Below, piece by piece: positions 10,174 through 19,310 of a DNA stretch of 60,590 bases. Origin of the DNA: Gammaproteobacteria bacterium (lineage in GTDB: Bacteria; Pseudomonadota; Gammaproteobacteria; JBNLBB01); NCBI GenBank assembly GCA_050302415.1, contig JBNLBB010000001.1:1-60590 (forward strand), in the 5' to 3' direction. How positions within the stretch are numbered: the stretch's first letter is position 1; the number at the start of each line of letters is the position of its first letter. The notes under the pieces are model-generated. The model had not been told where the DNA came from. It made no database searches and saw only the letters and a list, made by a program, of their open reading frames with translations. The position numbers and the translations under genes were made by a program.

Positions 10174-10470
10174 GTGCGTTTGATCACTTTGTCGACTGGA
10201 GTGCAGACCGCCTTCGGCGCAGCACTGTTTCTCATCTCGAGCCTGTGCGCCGCCCAAAGCAGCCAGCCAGGCACGGAAAAGAACCTGACCATACCGCACC
10301 GCGGTGAATCCATGATGTCGGTTGAAAACCGTTTCGGGACCCCCACCGACAAGCTTGCCCCCATCGGCGAACCTCCCATCGCTCGTTGGGTGTACCCCGA
10401 ATTTACGGTCTATTTCGAGTACCAGTACGTCATCAATTACGTACCTCACGATAAGTACGGCAGTCGCTAG
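10174..10470 (+). CDS. Small secreted hypothetical protein
   Basis: GTG start preceded by GAGGAGAG. It has a signal peptide (...ALFLISSLCAAQS). I chose this shorter start over the 143-aa ORF-track version. Confidence 0.5.
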   Translation: MRLITLSTGVQTAFGAALFLISSLCAAQSSQPGTEKNLTIPHRGESMMSVENRFGTPTDKLAPIGEPPIARWVYPEFTVYFEYQYVINYVPHDKYGSR

Positions 10471-10529
10471 ACCGTCCTTCAAAATTCAGTGACTCACCGC
10501 GTTTGAGTCGCAGCCCGACGCTGTGATCG

Positions 10530-11597
10530 TTGACTATGCAATCCGATACAACTCTCCGCCTTCCCGCTGAGTGGGAACCGCAGCAGCAGGTGCTGCTGAC
10601 CTGGCCACGACGCGACGGAGACTGGGACGAGATTTTCGAACCGGCGGACCGCGCCTTTCTGACCATTGCCGGAGCGATCCGGAAGCGCTGCTCACTGACA
10701 GTCAGTTGCTCCACCCACGAGATGGCCCTTGAGGTGAACGAAAAATTGGCGGCCCAGGCCGAAGCACCCTTCCCTTACGCAGTTCATACGGTGCCCGCGA
10801 ACGATGTCTGGGTGAGAGACCATGGCCCCATTGGAATCTACCGGGCCGGGAAACTGGAGCTGTGTGATTTCAGATTCAACGGCTGGGGCAACAAATATCC
10901 CGCCAGTCTGGACGATGAGGTCAGCGCCCGACTGTATGCCCTGGGTACCTTTCAAACCACCCGCTTGCACCACGTGGATCATGTGCTGGAGGGCGGCGCC
11001 ATTGACTCAGACGGTCAGGGTACGCTCCTGACGACCACCCACTGCCTGCTGCGCCGGGAGGCGGGCAGCACCAAAGCCTATTGGGAGCAGCAGTTCAATA
11101 ATTGGTTTGGTATCAGCCGGGTTTTATGGCTGGATGATGGTGCCCTGATCGGTGACGATACCGACGGCCATGTAGATACCTTGGCGCGCTTCTGCGATAC
11201 CCGCACAATCACCTATACCAGTTGTGTGTTTGACGATGATCCGCATTTCGCTCCCCTGAAAATGATGGAATCACAACTGCGGAGCTTCACCACCACAGCG
11301 GGGAGCCCCTACCGGTTGTTGCCACTCCCGATTCCCAGATCGATCTACGATGACGACGGGCGGCGCCTGGCAGCCACCTATGCCAATTTCCTGATCACCA
11401 ACGGTGCGGTACTGGTCCCCACCTACGATGATGCGCATGACCGGATCGCACTGGAACAACTGGCGATCGCCTTCCCGGGGCATGAACTGGTGCCCATCGA
11501 CAGCAGGGCACTGATTCATCAGAACGGCAGCATCCACTGTGCCTCCATGCAGGTTCCGCAGCGCACCGAATCACTCGGGGAGTCGGAACACCAGTGA
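10530..11597 (+). CDS. aguA: Agmatine deiminase (peptidyl-arginine deiminase family)
   Basis: 355-aa ORF with N-terminal LPAEWEPQ..VLLTWP and the C-terminal catalytic-Cys region NGSIHCASMQVP, as in AguA. The true start may be the ATG at 10536. Confidence 0.85.
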   Translation: MTMQSDTTLRLPAEWEPQQQVLLTWPRRDGDWDEIFEPADRAFLTIAGAIRKRCSLTVSCSTHEMALEVNEKLAAQAEAPFPYAVHTVPANDVWVRDHGPIGIYRAGKLELCDFRFNGWGNKYPASLDDEVSARLYALGTFQTTRLHHVDHVLEGGAIDSDGQGTLLTTTHCLLRREAGSTKAYWEQQFNNWFGISRVLWLDDGALIGDDTDGHVDTLARFCDTRTITYTSCVFDDDPHFAPLKMMESQLRSFTTTAGSPYRLLPLPIPRSIYDDDGRRLAATYANFLITNGAVLVPTYDDAHDRIALEQLAIAFPGHELVPIDSRALIHQNGSIHCASMQVPQRTESLGESEHQ

Positions 11598-12365
11598 GGC
11601 CCAGAAGCTTTCCCACTGTGCATCCAGTTCCCTGGGCGCGGGAATCATATGGACGGACTTCACCAACCAGACTCCTGGCCCGTCGAGTGGAATCCTGACT
11701 TTTCCCTGTGCATCGGTTTTCACTCGGATGATCGCGTCGGGAGCCTCACGCCGGAAGGCGATCACCGTGGCATCGGGCAGCGCCGAATCAAGGTAGCGCA
11801 ACGTGACGTCGAGCTGCCCACCCGAACGCAGGGTGTATGGATCCTGGTCCGGCATAAGCTCGAGCGTCATCCCCGAATCCCAGGCGGGCGATACGCCGCC
11901 GCTCCCATCGCCAATGGTGACCAACAGTTTGGCGCAGCGCGAATAGTACTCGCGCGCCGGGGCACTATCCTGCCCGCGGTCACGCCGTAACTGCAGTATT
12001 TGGTCGAGCCCCTCATCCTCCAGATAGCTGGCAAACTTCGCTGGGCCAAGCTCAACAAAGTCCCGGGTACTGCGATAGATGACCATGGCCAGACCCTTGT
12101 CGGAAAACTTGATTCTGGCGGCCGGGTCATCCCCCATTTGCGACTTCACGGATTGCCGGCCGGCCGCATCAATCTGATCAAAAGCGGTAAACCAGTCGGT
12201 AATATAGGGTAGCGTTTCGCCTTTCAACCGCTGCCCCTGATAGAGCTGCACGCTGACCTCCTGGTGCGTTGGCGCCGCAAACCGATCCGCCTCCAGCCAA
12301 AAATCATGGGCCCTGACCACTCCGGCGCAGAGCACACAACCAAGTACGCAAACTAGTTTCCACAT
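11571..12365 (-). CDS. DUF4198-family periplasmic protein (putative Ni/Co-uptake accessory component)
   Basis: Start moved to the ATG at 12365: MWKLVCVLGCVLCAGVVRAHDFWLE..., a signal peptide followed by the HDFW motif typical of DUF4198. Its 3' end overlaps aguA by 27 nt (convergent). Confidence 0.65.
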   Translation of the reverse strand: MWKLVCVLGCVLCAGVVRAHDFWLEADRFAAPTHQEVSVQLYQGQRLKGETLPYITDWFTAFDQIDAAGRQSVKSQMGDDPAARIKFSDKGLAMVIYRSTRDFVELGPAKFASYLEDEGLDQILQLRRDRGQDSAPAREYYSRCAKLLVTIGDGSGGVSPAWDSGMTLELMPDQDPYTLRSGGQLDVTLRYLDSALPDATVIAFRREAPDAIIRVKTDAQGKVRIPLDGPGVWLVKSVHMIPAPRELDAQWESFWASLVFRLPE

Positions 12366-12434
12366 GATTGTCTGACCACCGTTTCCTGTTGACGGGCAAT
12401 GATACGATAGCGCCCGCACCCATGAGCGACACCG

Positions 12435-13565
12435 ATGCGGCACCGAATACTTTCCCTCCTGTTGCTGTGCACACTGCTGTGGAGTACAGCCGGCACAGCC
12501 CACCCACTGCGCCCGGCAGTCGTCACCCTCACCCCGGGCGATGACGCGGTCTTGGACGTTTCGATCCAGGCCAATTTTGAAGCGTGGATTGCCGGTATCA
12601 GTGCCGGCCACGACGACACTCGTGATGCTCCACAGGCTGAACAGTACGATCAACTGCGTCAATTGCCCGCAGAAGCATTGGCATCCAGGATTGAAGAATT
12701 TCTGCCCAGACTGCTGGCTGGAGTGGAGATAGATGCCGGGGGAACTCCCGTGTCATTGAAGCTGGTCCGGGTGGATGTCCCTCCCGTGGGCGACACGGGT
12801 TACGCGCGCCTCAGCACACTGATTCTGGCCGGAGCGCTGCCCCCTGATGCGACCTGGCTGACCTGGCGCCTGGCGGGGATCTGGGGGAACAATGTACTGC
12901 GCGTGAAGAAACCGGGTGTCGACGATCCCACCCACTCGGAGTGGCTGAAGGACGGGGCGGCCAGTACCGCGCTCCCCCTGGATCGCACGGTGCAACCCGT
13001 TTCACGGTGGGCAACAGCGGTCACCTACCTGTGGCTGGGTCTGACCCATATCGTTCCCCTGGGTGCGGATCATATTCTTTTTGTGCTCGGAATTTTTCTG
13101 CTCAGCCAGCACTGGTCACCACTTTTGTGGCAGGTGACCGCGTTCACCCTGGCTCACTCCATTACTCTCGGCCTGTCGATGTACGGTGTGATGTCGCTCT
13201 CGCCCTCGGTAGTGGAGTCCCTGATCGCCCTCTCGATTGTTTATATCGGTATCGAAAATCTGGTGGCACGCACCCTCAAACCCTGGCGTATCGCAGTGGT
13301 ATTCTGTTTTGGACTGCTGCATGGACTTGGTTTCGCAGGCGTGCTGACAGAGATCGGTCTGCCCCGCTCGGAGTTCGCCACCGCCCTGATCACCTTCAAT
13401 GTGGGGGTTGAGCTGGGCCAGTTGACGGTGATTGGCGGGGCCTGGGTAGTGCTCGTGGCCTGGCAACATCAACGCCCATGGTACCGGTCGCGGGTCATCC
13501 TCCCGGTTTCCGCGCTGATTGCCTGCGTTGGCCTTTTCTGGACCGTGCAACGAATGTTTTTCTGA
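12435..13565 (+). CDS. HupE/UreJ-family metal transporter with a roughly 190-aa N-terminal periplasmic extension
   Basis: 376-aa ORF with a signal peptide. The C-terminal half has the HupE/UreJ signature GLTHIVPLGADHILFVLG plus further TMs (HSITLG, LLHGLGFAG). Confidence 0.7.
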   Translation: MRHRILSLLLLCTLLWSTAGTAHPLRPAVVTLTPGDDAVLDVSIQANFEAWIAGISAGHDDTRDAPQAEQYDQLRQLPAEALASRIEEFLPRLLAGVEIDAGGTPVSLKLVRVDVPPVGDTGYARLSTLILAGALPPDATWLTWRLAGIWGNNVLRVKKPGVDDPTHSEWLKDGAASTALPLDRTVQPVSRWATAVTYLWLGLTHIVPLGADHILFVLGIFLLSQHWSPLLWQVTAFTLAHSITLGLSMYGVMSLSPSVVESLIALSIVYIGIENLVARTLKPWRIAVVFCFGLLHGLGFAGVLTEIGLPRSEFATALITFNVGVELGQLTVIGGAWVVLVAWQHQRPWYRSRVILPVSALIACVGLFWTVQRMFF

Positions 13566-13649
13566 CAGTTGCAGCACCTTGGCCGTGCGTTGTACAACAC
13601 CTTCTGCTCCACCCTGCCCATATCCACGACTTCACCTGAAACGAGATTC

Positions 13650-14561
13650 ATGCAAAAGATACCCGATCAGATTTCCGTTGCCCTGGTACAGCAGGCCAGT
13701 CGGCAGACTACCGAAGACAACCTGAACCACACGGTTGATCAAATCCGTCAGGCCGCCCGGTCCGGGGCGCAGTTGGTTGTACTGCAGGAGTTGCACTGTT
13801 CCCCCTACTTCTGTCAGGTCCAGGACACCGCCAATTTTGACCTGGCGGAATCGATCCCGGGACCCACCACCGGGCGGCTCTCCCAGGTTGCGGCCGAATC
13901 CGGAGTGGTGCTGGTGGCATCCCTGTTCGAACGTCGGGCCAGGGGGCTCTATCACAACACGGCTGTGGTCATTGAACGGGACGGATCCCTGGCAGGCATC
14001 TACCGAAAGATGCATATCCCTCAGGATCCCGGGTTTGAGGAGAAATTCTATTTCACCCCCGGTGATCTGGGATTCCATCCCATCCGCACCAGTATCGGCA
14101 CGCTGGGCGTGCTCGTCTGCTGGGATCAATGGTATCCGGAGGCCGCCCGACTGATGGCCCTGCGCGGCGCCGACCTGCTGATCTACCCCACCGCCATCGG
14201 CTGGGACCCGGCTGACGGCAATGAGGAACAGCAGCGTCAGCTGGACGCCTGGGTGACCGTGCAACGGGGGCACGCCGTGGCCAATGGCATCCACGTCCTC
14301 ACCTGCAACCGAACCGGCACGGAGGCTGCCGCCCGTGGCACCGGGGCAATCCGGTTTTGGGGCAACAGTTTCGTGACCGGCCCGCAGGGAGAGCTGCTGG
14401 CCGTAGCGCCCCAGGAAGAAGAGACCATTCTGCGTGCCACGATCAGTCTGCAACGCGCCGAGTCGGTGCGACGGATCTGGCCATTTTTCCGGGACCGCAG
14501 AATTGACGCCTACGGTGACATTGTCAGGCGCCATGTCGACGATACGCCTCAGGGCACCTGA
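13650..14561 (+). CDS. aguB: N-carbamoylputrescine amidase (CN-hydrolase family)
   Basis: Start moved to the ATG at 13650 (MQKIPDQISVALVQQ...). Nitrilase-superfamily motifs are present (VLQELH, YRKMHIP, LVCWDQWYPE with the catalytic Cys). Confidence 0.85.
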   Translation: MQKIPDQISVALVQQASRQTTEDNLNHTVDQIRQAARSGAQLVVLQELHCSPYFCQVQDTANFDLAESIPGPTTGRLSQVAAESGVVLVASLFERRARGLYHNTAVVIERDGSLAGIYRKMHIPQDPGFEEKFYFTPGDLGFHPIRTSIGTLGVLVCWDQWYPEAARLMALRGADLLIYPTAIGWDPADGNEEQQRQLDAWVTVQRGHAVANGIHVLTCNRTGTEAAARGTGAIRFWGNSFVTGPQGELLAVAPQEEETILRATISLQRAESVRRIWPFFRDRRIDAYGDIVRRHVDDTPQGT

Positions 14562-14576
14562 ACAGGGAGATATCTG

Positions 14577-15257
14577 ATGTCCATAGAAGGGAACCCTGCC
14601 TGGCTGAACGCCTATCCGCAGTTGGCACGGATTACCGATTCTGCCTGGCAGGAACTGATGCAGAAGGCGCAGTTGCGGAATATTCCGGCCGGGACAGTGC
14701 TTTTCTACAGCGGCGATCGGGCAGCCCAGTATGTACTGGTACTTGAAGGCTCCATCAAGGTTCAAAAAATCACCGAAAATGGACGGGAAATCGTGCTCTA
14801 CCGGGTTGAGCCCGGAGAAACCTGTGTCCTGACCACCAACAGCCTGCTGGCCATGGACACCTATCCAGCAGAAGGCATTGCAGAGACGGCTGTGAAGGCG
14901 GTTGTTCTTCCGAGCAGCGCCTTCCAACAGGCGATGGCTGACTCGCCCTCGTTTCGCCAGTTCGTGTTTTCGGTCTACGGCCGGCGCCTGTCCGATCTCA
15001 TTCTGCTCGTCGAAGAGGTGGCGTTTGGGCGCATGGATCAACGCCTCGCCCAGTTTCTCCTGCACCAGGCCGAGGAAGGCGAGGTGTTGCAACTGTCGCA
15101 CCAGGAACTGGCGGCAGAGCTGGGCACTGCCCGGGAGGTGGTCAGCCGGTTGCTCAAGGAGTTTGAGCGTCGCGGCTGGGTCAGTCTCGCCCGGCGTCAG
15201 ATTACCGTTGTCGACAAGCCGGCCATGCGGTTGGGCACCGAATCCACGGTACTGTGA
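14577..15257 (+). CDS. Crp/Fnr-family transcriptional regulator
   Basis: 226-aa ORF with an N-terminal cNMP-binding-like beta-barrel and a C-terminal HTH (ELAAELGTAREVVSRLLKEFERRGWV). Confidence 0.85.
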   Translation: MSIEGNPAWLNAYPQLARITDSAWQELMQKAQLRNIPAGTVLFYSGDRAAQYVLVLEGSIKVQKITENGREIVLYRVEPGETCVLTTNSLLAMDTYPAEGIAETAVKAVVLPSSAFQQAMADSPSFRQFVFSVYGRRLSDLILLVEEVAFGRMDQRLAQFLLHQAEEGEVLQLSHQELAAELGTAREVVSRLLKEFERRGWVSLARRQITVVDKPAMRLGTESTVL

Positions 15258-15268
15258 TTTTGTTACTG

Positions 15269-15283
15269 TTGACCAGGCGTCAA
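15269..15283 (+). promoter_or_regulatory. Perfect palindrome TTGAC-N5-GTCAA, a candidate operator for the adjacent Crp/Fnr regulator
   Basis: TTGACCAGGCGTCAA sits between the crp/fnr-like stop (15257) and the DUF2892 ATG (15342). The half-sites resemble FNR/CRP-family TTGA/TCAA arms, but the spacer is one nt longer. Confidence 0.4.
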
Positions 15284-15341
15284 TTTGCTGGAATAGCTGC
15301 CACAACCACTTCTTTGTACCCGAATTAGCGAGGAGAAAGTC

Positions 15342-15548
15342 ATGCAGAACGTCGGTGGTATTGATCGTGTGATTCGTATTGTGGCCGGTCTGGTGCTGAT
15401 CGCACTGGTATTCTTCGGACCGCAGACCCCGTGGGGTTGGCTCGGCCTGATTCCCCTGGCCACCGGTTTGATCAGCTGGTGCCCGGCCTATACCCTGATC
15501 GGACTGAACACCAAAGGCAAACAGGAGACCGCTGGCGCCGCCAGCTGA
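15342..15548 (+). CDS. DUF2892 (YgaP C-terminal-like) small membrane protein
   Basis: 68-aa ORF preceded by GAGGAGAAAG. The sequence GGIDRVIRIVAGLVLIAL...PLATGLISWCPAY is the DUF2892 pattern. Confidence 0.75.
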   Translation: MQNVGGIDRVIRIVAGLVLIALVFFGPQTPWGWLGLIPLATGLISWCPAYTLIGLNTKGKQETAGAAS

Positions 15549-15574
15549 GTTGCACGCTGCCTGGGAACGGACAA

Positions 15575-15598
15575 GGCCCGGCACTGCCGGGCCTTTTT
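15575..15598 (+). terminator. Rho-independent terminator after the DUF2892 gene
   Basis: 8-bp GC stem GGCCCGGC / GCCGGGCC with a 3-nt loop, followed by TTTTT. Confidence 0.85.
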
Positions 15599-15747
15599 CA
15601 TTTCCTGGCCCCACCATCGCTCCTTGGCCTCATTCCGTCTAAGCCCTATACTTTTGGGGTCGCTTGCACACAATAATGTCAAGAATAAGAATGGGTAGCC
15701 GCCGCAATCTGTTGCGCGCACCCCCGCCACAGAGGGTCATCCACACC

Positions 15748-17946
15748 ATGAACACGCTGCACTCCACCACCAGGCGTGGCCACACCATTCGCGTGGTCTG
15801 GGGACCACAGCGGTTTTACCTGTCCATTGGCTGGAAAACGCTCATCGCCTTTTTCCTGGTTGTCTTTGTGCCCATGCTTGGCCTGATGCAAATCACAGGG
15901 AGCACCATCCGCGATGGCATGGAATCCGAAGCACTCAAATCCCTGGCTGTCAGTATGCGCGGGTCGTGGAGCATCTATTTTGAGCGCATCGACCGGTTGA
16001 CCAACGACTTTGAACTCTCCGCGACCGAACCCGGTCTCGCCGCGGCCATACAGTCCAGAAATGAAGATGCGTTGAGCACCCTGCTCAACCGGATATCCAC
16101 CCATCTTCCCTATGCCGATGTCCTGCTGCTGGTTGACCGGGACCGCAAAGTGATGGCCAGACGCTCTGGTCCGGCCGGCGACCGGGTGTACGTCAATAAC
16201 CTGATTACCCGGGCGGTGGAACGGGGACAGGCGGTCACCAGTTCGGAATTGCTGCCACGTGATCTCTTCCTCAATGAAGACCCGCTGCGCTACGGCGGTT
16301 TGAGCCAGTCAATCCTCGCGCAGGTATCGGTTGTGCCCATCAAGGATGGAGACGAGGTGACTGGCGCATTTCTGGGCCTCATTCTGCTCAATGGCAACGC
16401 CTGGCTCTCCAATTCGGTACACGACAACCTGAGTGTCGATGCCGCCATCTTCAGCTCCGTCGTCCAGGAGAGTCAGGTGATTTCGACGGCCTACCGGGTC
16501 AGCAATATCTGGGCGGAAGGGGTGATGGCGCCGGCCCCGCTGAATGCGGCGATCAAACGCCGCGAATCGTTCAGCGGTCATATCCGGGTCAACGACATCC
16601 CCAGTCTGGTGATCGCCGAACCCATCATGAACCACCAGAAACAGCCGATCGGCGCCCTGGCCCTGGGTGTGCGCGACGAACATATCGAGCTGCTGATCCA
16701 GCGGAACAAGAGCAACGTCTACTTGTTCATAGCCATTGGCATCGGGCTGTCGCTGATCATTGCCTACCTGGCCTATCGCGACACCGTCACCCCGATCCGC
16801 GCCATGGTGGAGGCCATGGATGCCTTCGCCAACAATCAACTGGGCGTGCGCACCGAAATCCGCACCAAGGACGAGTTCGAGCAGTTGGGCGATGGCTTCA
16901 ACCGGATGGCCGAATCGGTGGAAGAGCACCAGCAACGCATGGAGAAGTTCAATACCCTGTCGAGTCTGCTCATCTCCACCCTCAACCCACGGCAATTGCT
17001 GCAGAAGACCCTGGACAAGGTGGTGGAGCTCACCAAAGGCCGAGTCGGCGTCATCTATCTGCATGACAAGAACTCGGGCACCCTGCAGCCATTCGTCACC
17101 AACGGAATCGACATCAAAAAACTGCCGGCGCTGGATATCGGCGAAGGACTGCCCGGCCAGGCCGCAGAACAGAAACGCCTGTTGCGGATCGACGGCGTCG
17201 ACAGCGATACCCGCATTGTGATCAATTTCGGCATCGTCACTGCGGTACCCAAGGAGATTCTGGCGGCCCCTCTCGTCTTCAAGGATGAGCTGCTGGGCGT
17301 CATGCTGTTGGGCAGCACCCAGCAATTGCACGAAGACGAGCTTCCCGCCATTGAGTACATGACCAACCAGATTGCGATTGTGCTGGAAAACGCGCTGACG
17401 CACGAAAAGCTGGAGCTCTACTCCGTCACCGATGCGCTCACCGGGCTCTACAATCGCCGTTATCTGAGCCAGCGCCTGGATCACGAATTCTCCAAGGCGC
17501 AGCGCTACGGCTACGACCTGTCACTGATGATTCTGGACCTGGATCACTTCAAGAATATCAACGACAAGTTTGGGCATCTGGCCGGCGATTCGGTACTCAT
17601 TTCCGTGGCCCGGCTGCTGCGCAACTGTTTCCGGGAGACTGATCTGGTGGGACGCTACGGTGGTGAGGAGTTTTTTGTTATTCTGCCCCACACCAACCAG
17701 GAGCAGGCCAAGTATTCGGCTGAAAAACTGAGATCGCAACTGGCCGAACTGGCGATTGATGCCATCGGCGGTGGCGTCGTGACCACCTCAATCGGCGTCG
17801 CGAGTTTTCCGGAATCGGGCATTCACGTATTGGATGAACTGGTGCGCCGGGCCGACAACGCACTCTACGCAGCGAAGGAACAGGGGCGTAATTGTGTGGT
17901 GCAGGCCCAGGCACCGAGTCAGTCGACGGAACTCTCGTCTGCCTGA
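15748..17946 (+). CDS. Membrane sensor diguanylate cyclase (periplasmic sensor, HAMP, GAF, GGDEF)
   Basis: Two TMs flank a roughly 290-aa periplasmic domain, followed by a HAMP region, a GAF-like region and a GGDEF domain with an intact GGEEF and an RxxD I-site (RETD). The start is uncertain (15664-15748). Confidence 0.85.
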   Translation: MNTLHSTTRRGHTIRVVWGPQRFYLSIGWKTLIAFFLVVFVPMLGLMQITGSTIRDGMESEALKSLAVSMRGSWSIYFERIDRLTNDFELSATEPGLAAAIQSRNEDALSTLLNRISTHLPYADVLLLVDRDRKVMARRSGPAGDRVYVNNLITRAVERGQAVTSSELLPRDLFLNEDPLRYGGLSQSILAQVSVVPIKDGDEVTGAFLGLILLNGNAWLSNSVHDNLSVDAAIFSSVVQESQVISTAYRVSNIWAEGVMAPAPLNAAIKRRESFSGHIRVNDIPSLVIAEPIMNHQKQPIGALALGVRDEHIELLIQRNKSNVYLFIAIGIGLSLIIAYLAYRDTVTPIRAMVEAMDAFANNQLGVRTEIRTKDEFEQLGDGFNRMAESVEEHQQRMEKFNTLSSLLISTLNPRQLLQKTLDKVVELTKGRVGVIYLHDKNSGTLQPFVTNGIDIKKLPALDIGEGLPGQAAEQKRLLRIDGVDSDTRIVINFGIVTAVPKEILAAPLVFKDELLGVMLLGSTQQLHEDELPAIEYMTNQIAIVLENALTHEKLELYSVTDALTGLYNRRYLSQRLDHEFSKAQRYGYDLSLMILDLDHFKNINDKFGHLAGDSVLISVARLLRNCFRETDLVGRYGGEEFFVILPHTNQEQAKYSAEKLRSQLAELAIDAIGGGVVTTSIGVASFPESGIHVLDELVRRADNALYAAKEQGRNCVVQAQAPSQSTELSSA

Positions 17947-19310
17947 TTCCGCAATTTCTGCACGTAGCGGTAGAGCGTCCGCTCACTGATACCCAATTCG
18001 TGGGCAGTGCGGGCACGATGGCCTTTGTGCCGCGCCAGCGCCTGAAGAATCTGCTGTTCAGACTGGCGTGCACCGCGCCGGTGGATGAGATTGCGCTCCA
18101 CGCCGATTCCGGTTTTGACCATCGGTGCCTCCGCCTCATTGGGCTCAAACACCAAGTGGGTCACGTCCATGGCATCGCCCCCGGCAAGGATTACCGCGCG
18201 TTCCACGACATTGCGTAATTCGCGGACATTTCCCGGATAGTCATAACCCAACAGCTGTTCAATCAGATAGGGCGCCAGCGGCAGATGGCGGTCACCATCG
18301 TCCATGCGCGCAATGAAGTGTTCCGCCAGGGCCGGAATGTCATCCACCCTGTCACGCAGCGGCGGCACCTCCACGGGAAAAGCGGAGAGCCGGTAGTAGA
18401 GATCCTGCCGGAACTCCTTGCGGCGCGAGAGCGCGGCCAGATCCCGGTGGGTGGCGGCCACGATCCGCACGTTCACGCGGATGTATTCCGTGCCACCGAT
18501 GCGGCGGATGGTTCCGGATTCCAGGACCCGCAGCAGTTTGGTCTGGGCAGCCAGGGGCATTTCCCCGATTTCGTCGATAAACAGGGTCCCCTCGTTGGCC
18601 GCTTCAATCAGCCCCTTCTTGCGGCCGGCGGCGCCGGTAAATGCCCCCTTCTCGTACCCAAACAGCTCGCTCTCAATCAAATTGTGATCCAGTGAGGCGC
18701 AGTCGACGATCATGAACGGACCGTTGGACCGCCGGGAGTACTGGTGGAGATAGTTGGCCATGCACTCCTTGCCCACTCCACTCTCGCCCAACAGCAGCAC
18801 CGTGGTGGAGGTGGGCGCCACCCGCTGGAGCAGACTGATCATGCGGCGAAAGGCATGTGAGCGCCCGACCAGCTGCGGATCTTCGCCATCCGGTGCCTGA
18901 ATGGCATTGATGTACTCCCCCATATACATCACCTCGCCGGTGGCACCCAGCAGCGGATTGGCCTGTATCTGAACGTATTCGGGTTTGTCTTCCTTGTCGT
19001 AGTGGACGTGGATCAGCTGCACCGGTTGTCCTTTGGTGAACACCGCCTCCAGGGGGCAATGTTCGCCATGGTGATGGCAGGGAGATTCCGAATGGTGGCT
19101 TACCTCGTAGCAGTGGCGTCCGACCACGTCTTCGCCGGAGACCTGGTAGCGCTCCTTGTAGCTGCGGTTGGCGGCGATGATCCGGTATTCGCGGTCTATG
19201 ACCACGAAAGGATCAGGCATGATGTTGATGATTTGCTCGCAGGATGGCGCCTGCAGATGTGAACTCGTCACTGTCCCCTCCCCCGAAAATCCGTTCATAT
19301 GATACGTCAT
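17919..19310 (-). CDS. Sigma-54-dependent transcriptional activator (bEBP) with a Cys/His-rich PAS-like sensor domain
   Basis: Walker A GESGVGKE, the GAFTGA loop and a C-terminal Fis-type HTH are present. The sensor region contains RHCYEVSHHSESPCHHHGEHCPLE. I prefer the ATG at 19310 (AGGGAA upstream); the ORF track starts at 19376. Confidence 0.85.
   Translation of the reverse strand: MTYHMNGFSGEGTVTSSHLQAPSCEQIINIMPDPFVVIDREYRIIAANRSYKERYQVSGEDVVGRHCYEVSHHSESPCHHHGEHCPLEAVFTKGQPVQLIHVHYDKEDKPEYVQIQANPLLGATGEVMYMGEYINAIQAPDGEDPQLVGRSHAFRRMISLLQRVAPTSTTVLLLGESGVGKECMANYLHQYSRRSNGPFMIVDCASLDHNLIESELFGYEKGAFTGAAGRKKGLIEAANEGTLFIDEIGEMPLAAQTKLLRVLESGTIRRIGGTEYIRVNVRIVAATHRDLAALSRRKEFRQDLYYRLSAFPVEVPPLRDRVDDIPALAEHFIARMDDGDRHLPLAPYLIEQLLGYDYPGNVRELRNVVERAVILAGGDAMDVTHLVFEPNEAEAPMVKTGIGVERNLIHRRGARQSEQQILQALARHKGHRARTAHELGISERTLYRYVQKLRNQADESSVD

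Noticed and set aside
11571-12662. Full 363-aa version of the DUF4198 ORF
   Set aside because: The N-terminal 99 codons run through the divergent promoter region and into the HupE-like gene. The internal ATG at 12365 gives a clean signal peptide followed by the family motif.
13632-15617. 661-aa minus-strand ORF spanning aguB, the crp/fnr-like gene, the DUF2892 gene and their intergenic regions
   Set aside because: It is antisense to three genes with strong family signatures. The translation is Arg/Gly/Pro/Gln-rich and low in complexity, with no recognisable motif. Long stop-free antisense frames are expected in GC-rich DNA.
16309-17484. 391-aa minus-strand ORF inside the diguanylate cyclase gene. 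The same applies to 46844-47923 plus, 47049-47855 minus, 1503-2588 minus, 33680-34666 minus, 39914-40954 minus, 54698-55678 minus and 28696-29736 plus.
   Set aside because: All lie wholly within, and antisense or out of frame to, genes with unambiguous homology (GGDEF, PckA, ComEC, YejA, the lipoprotein, PstS, the response regulator / EgtD). Their compositions are typical of non-coding frames.
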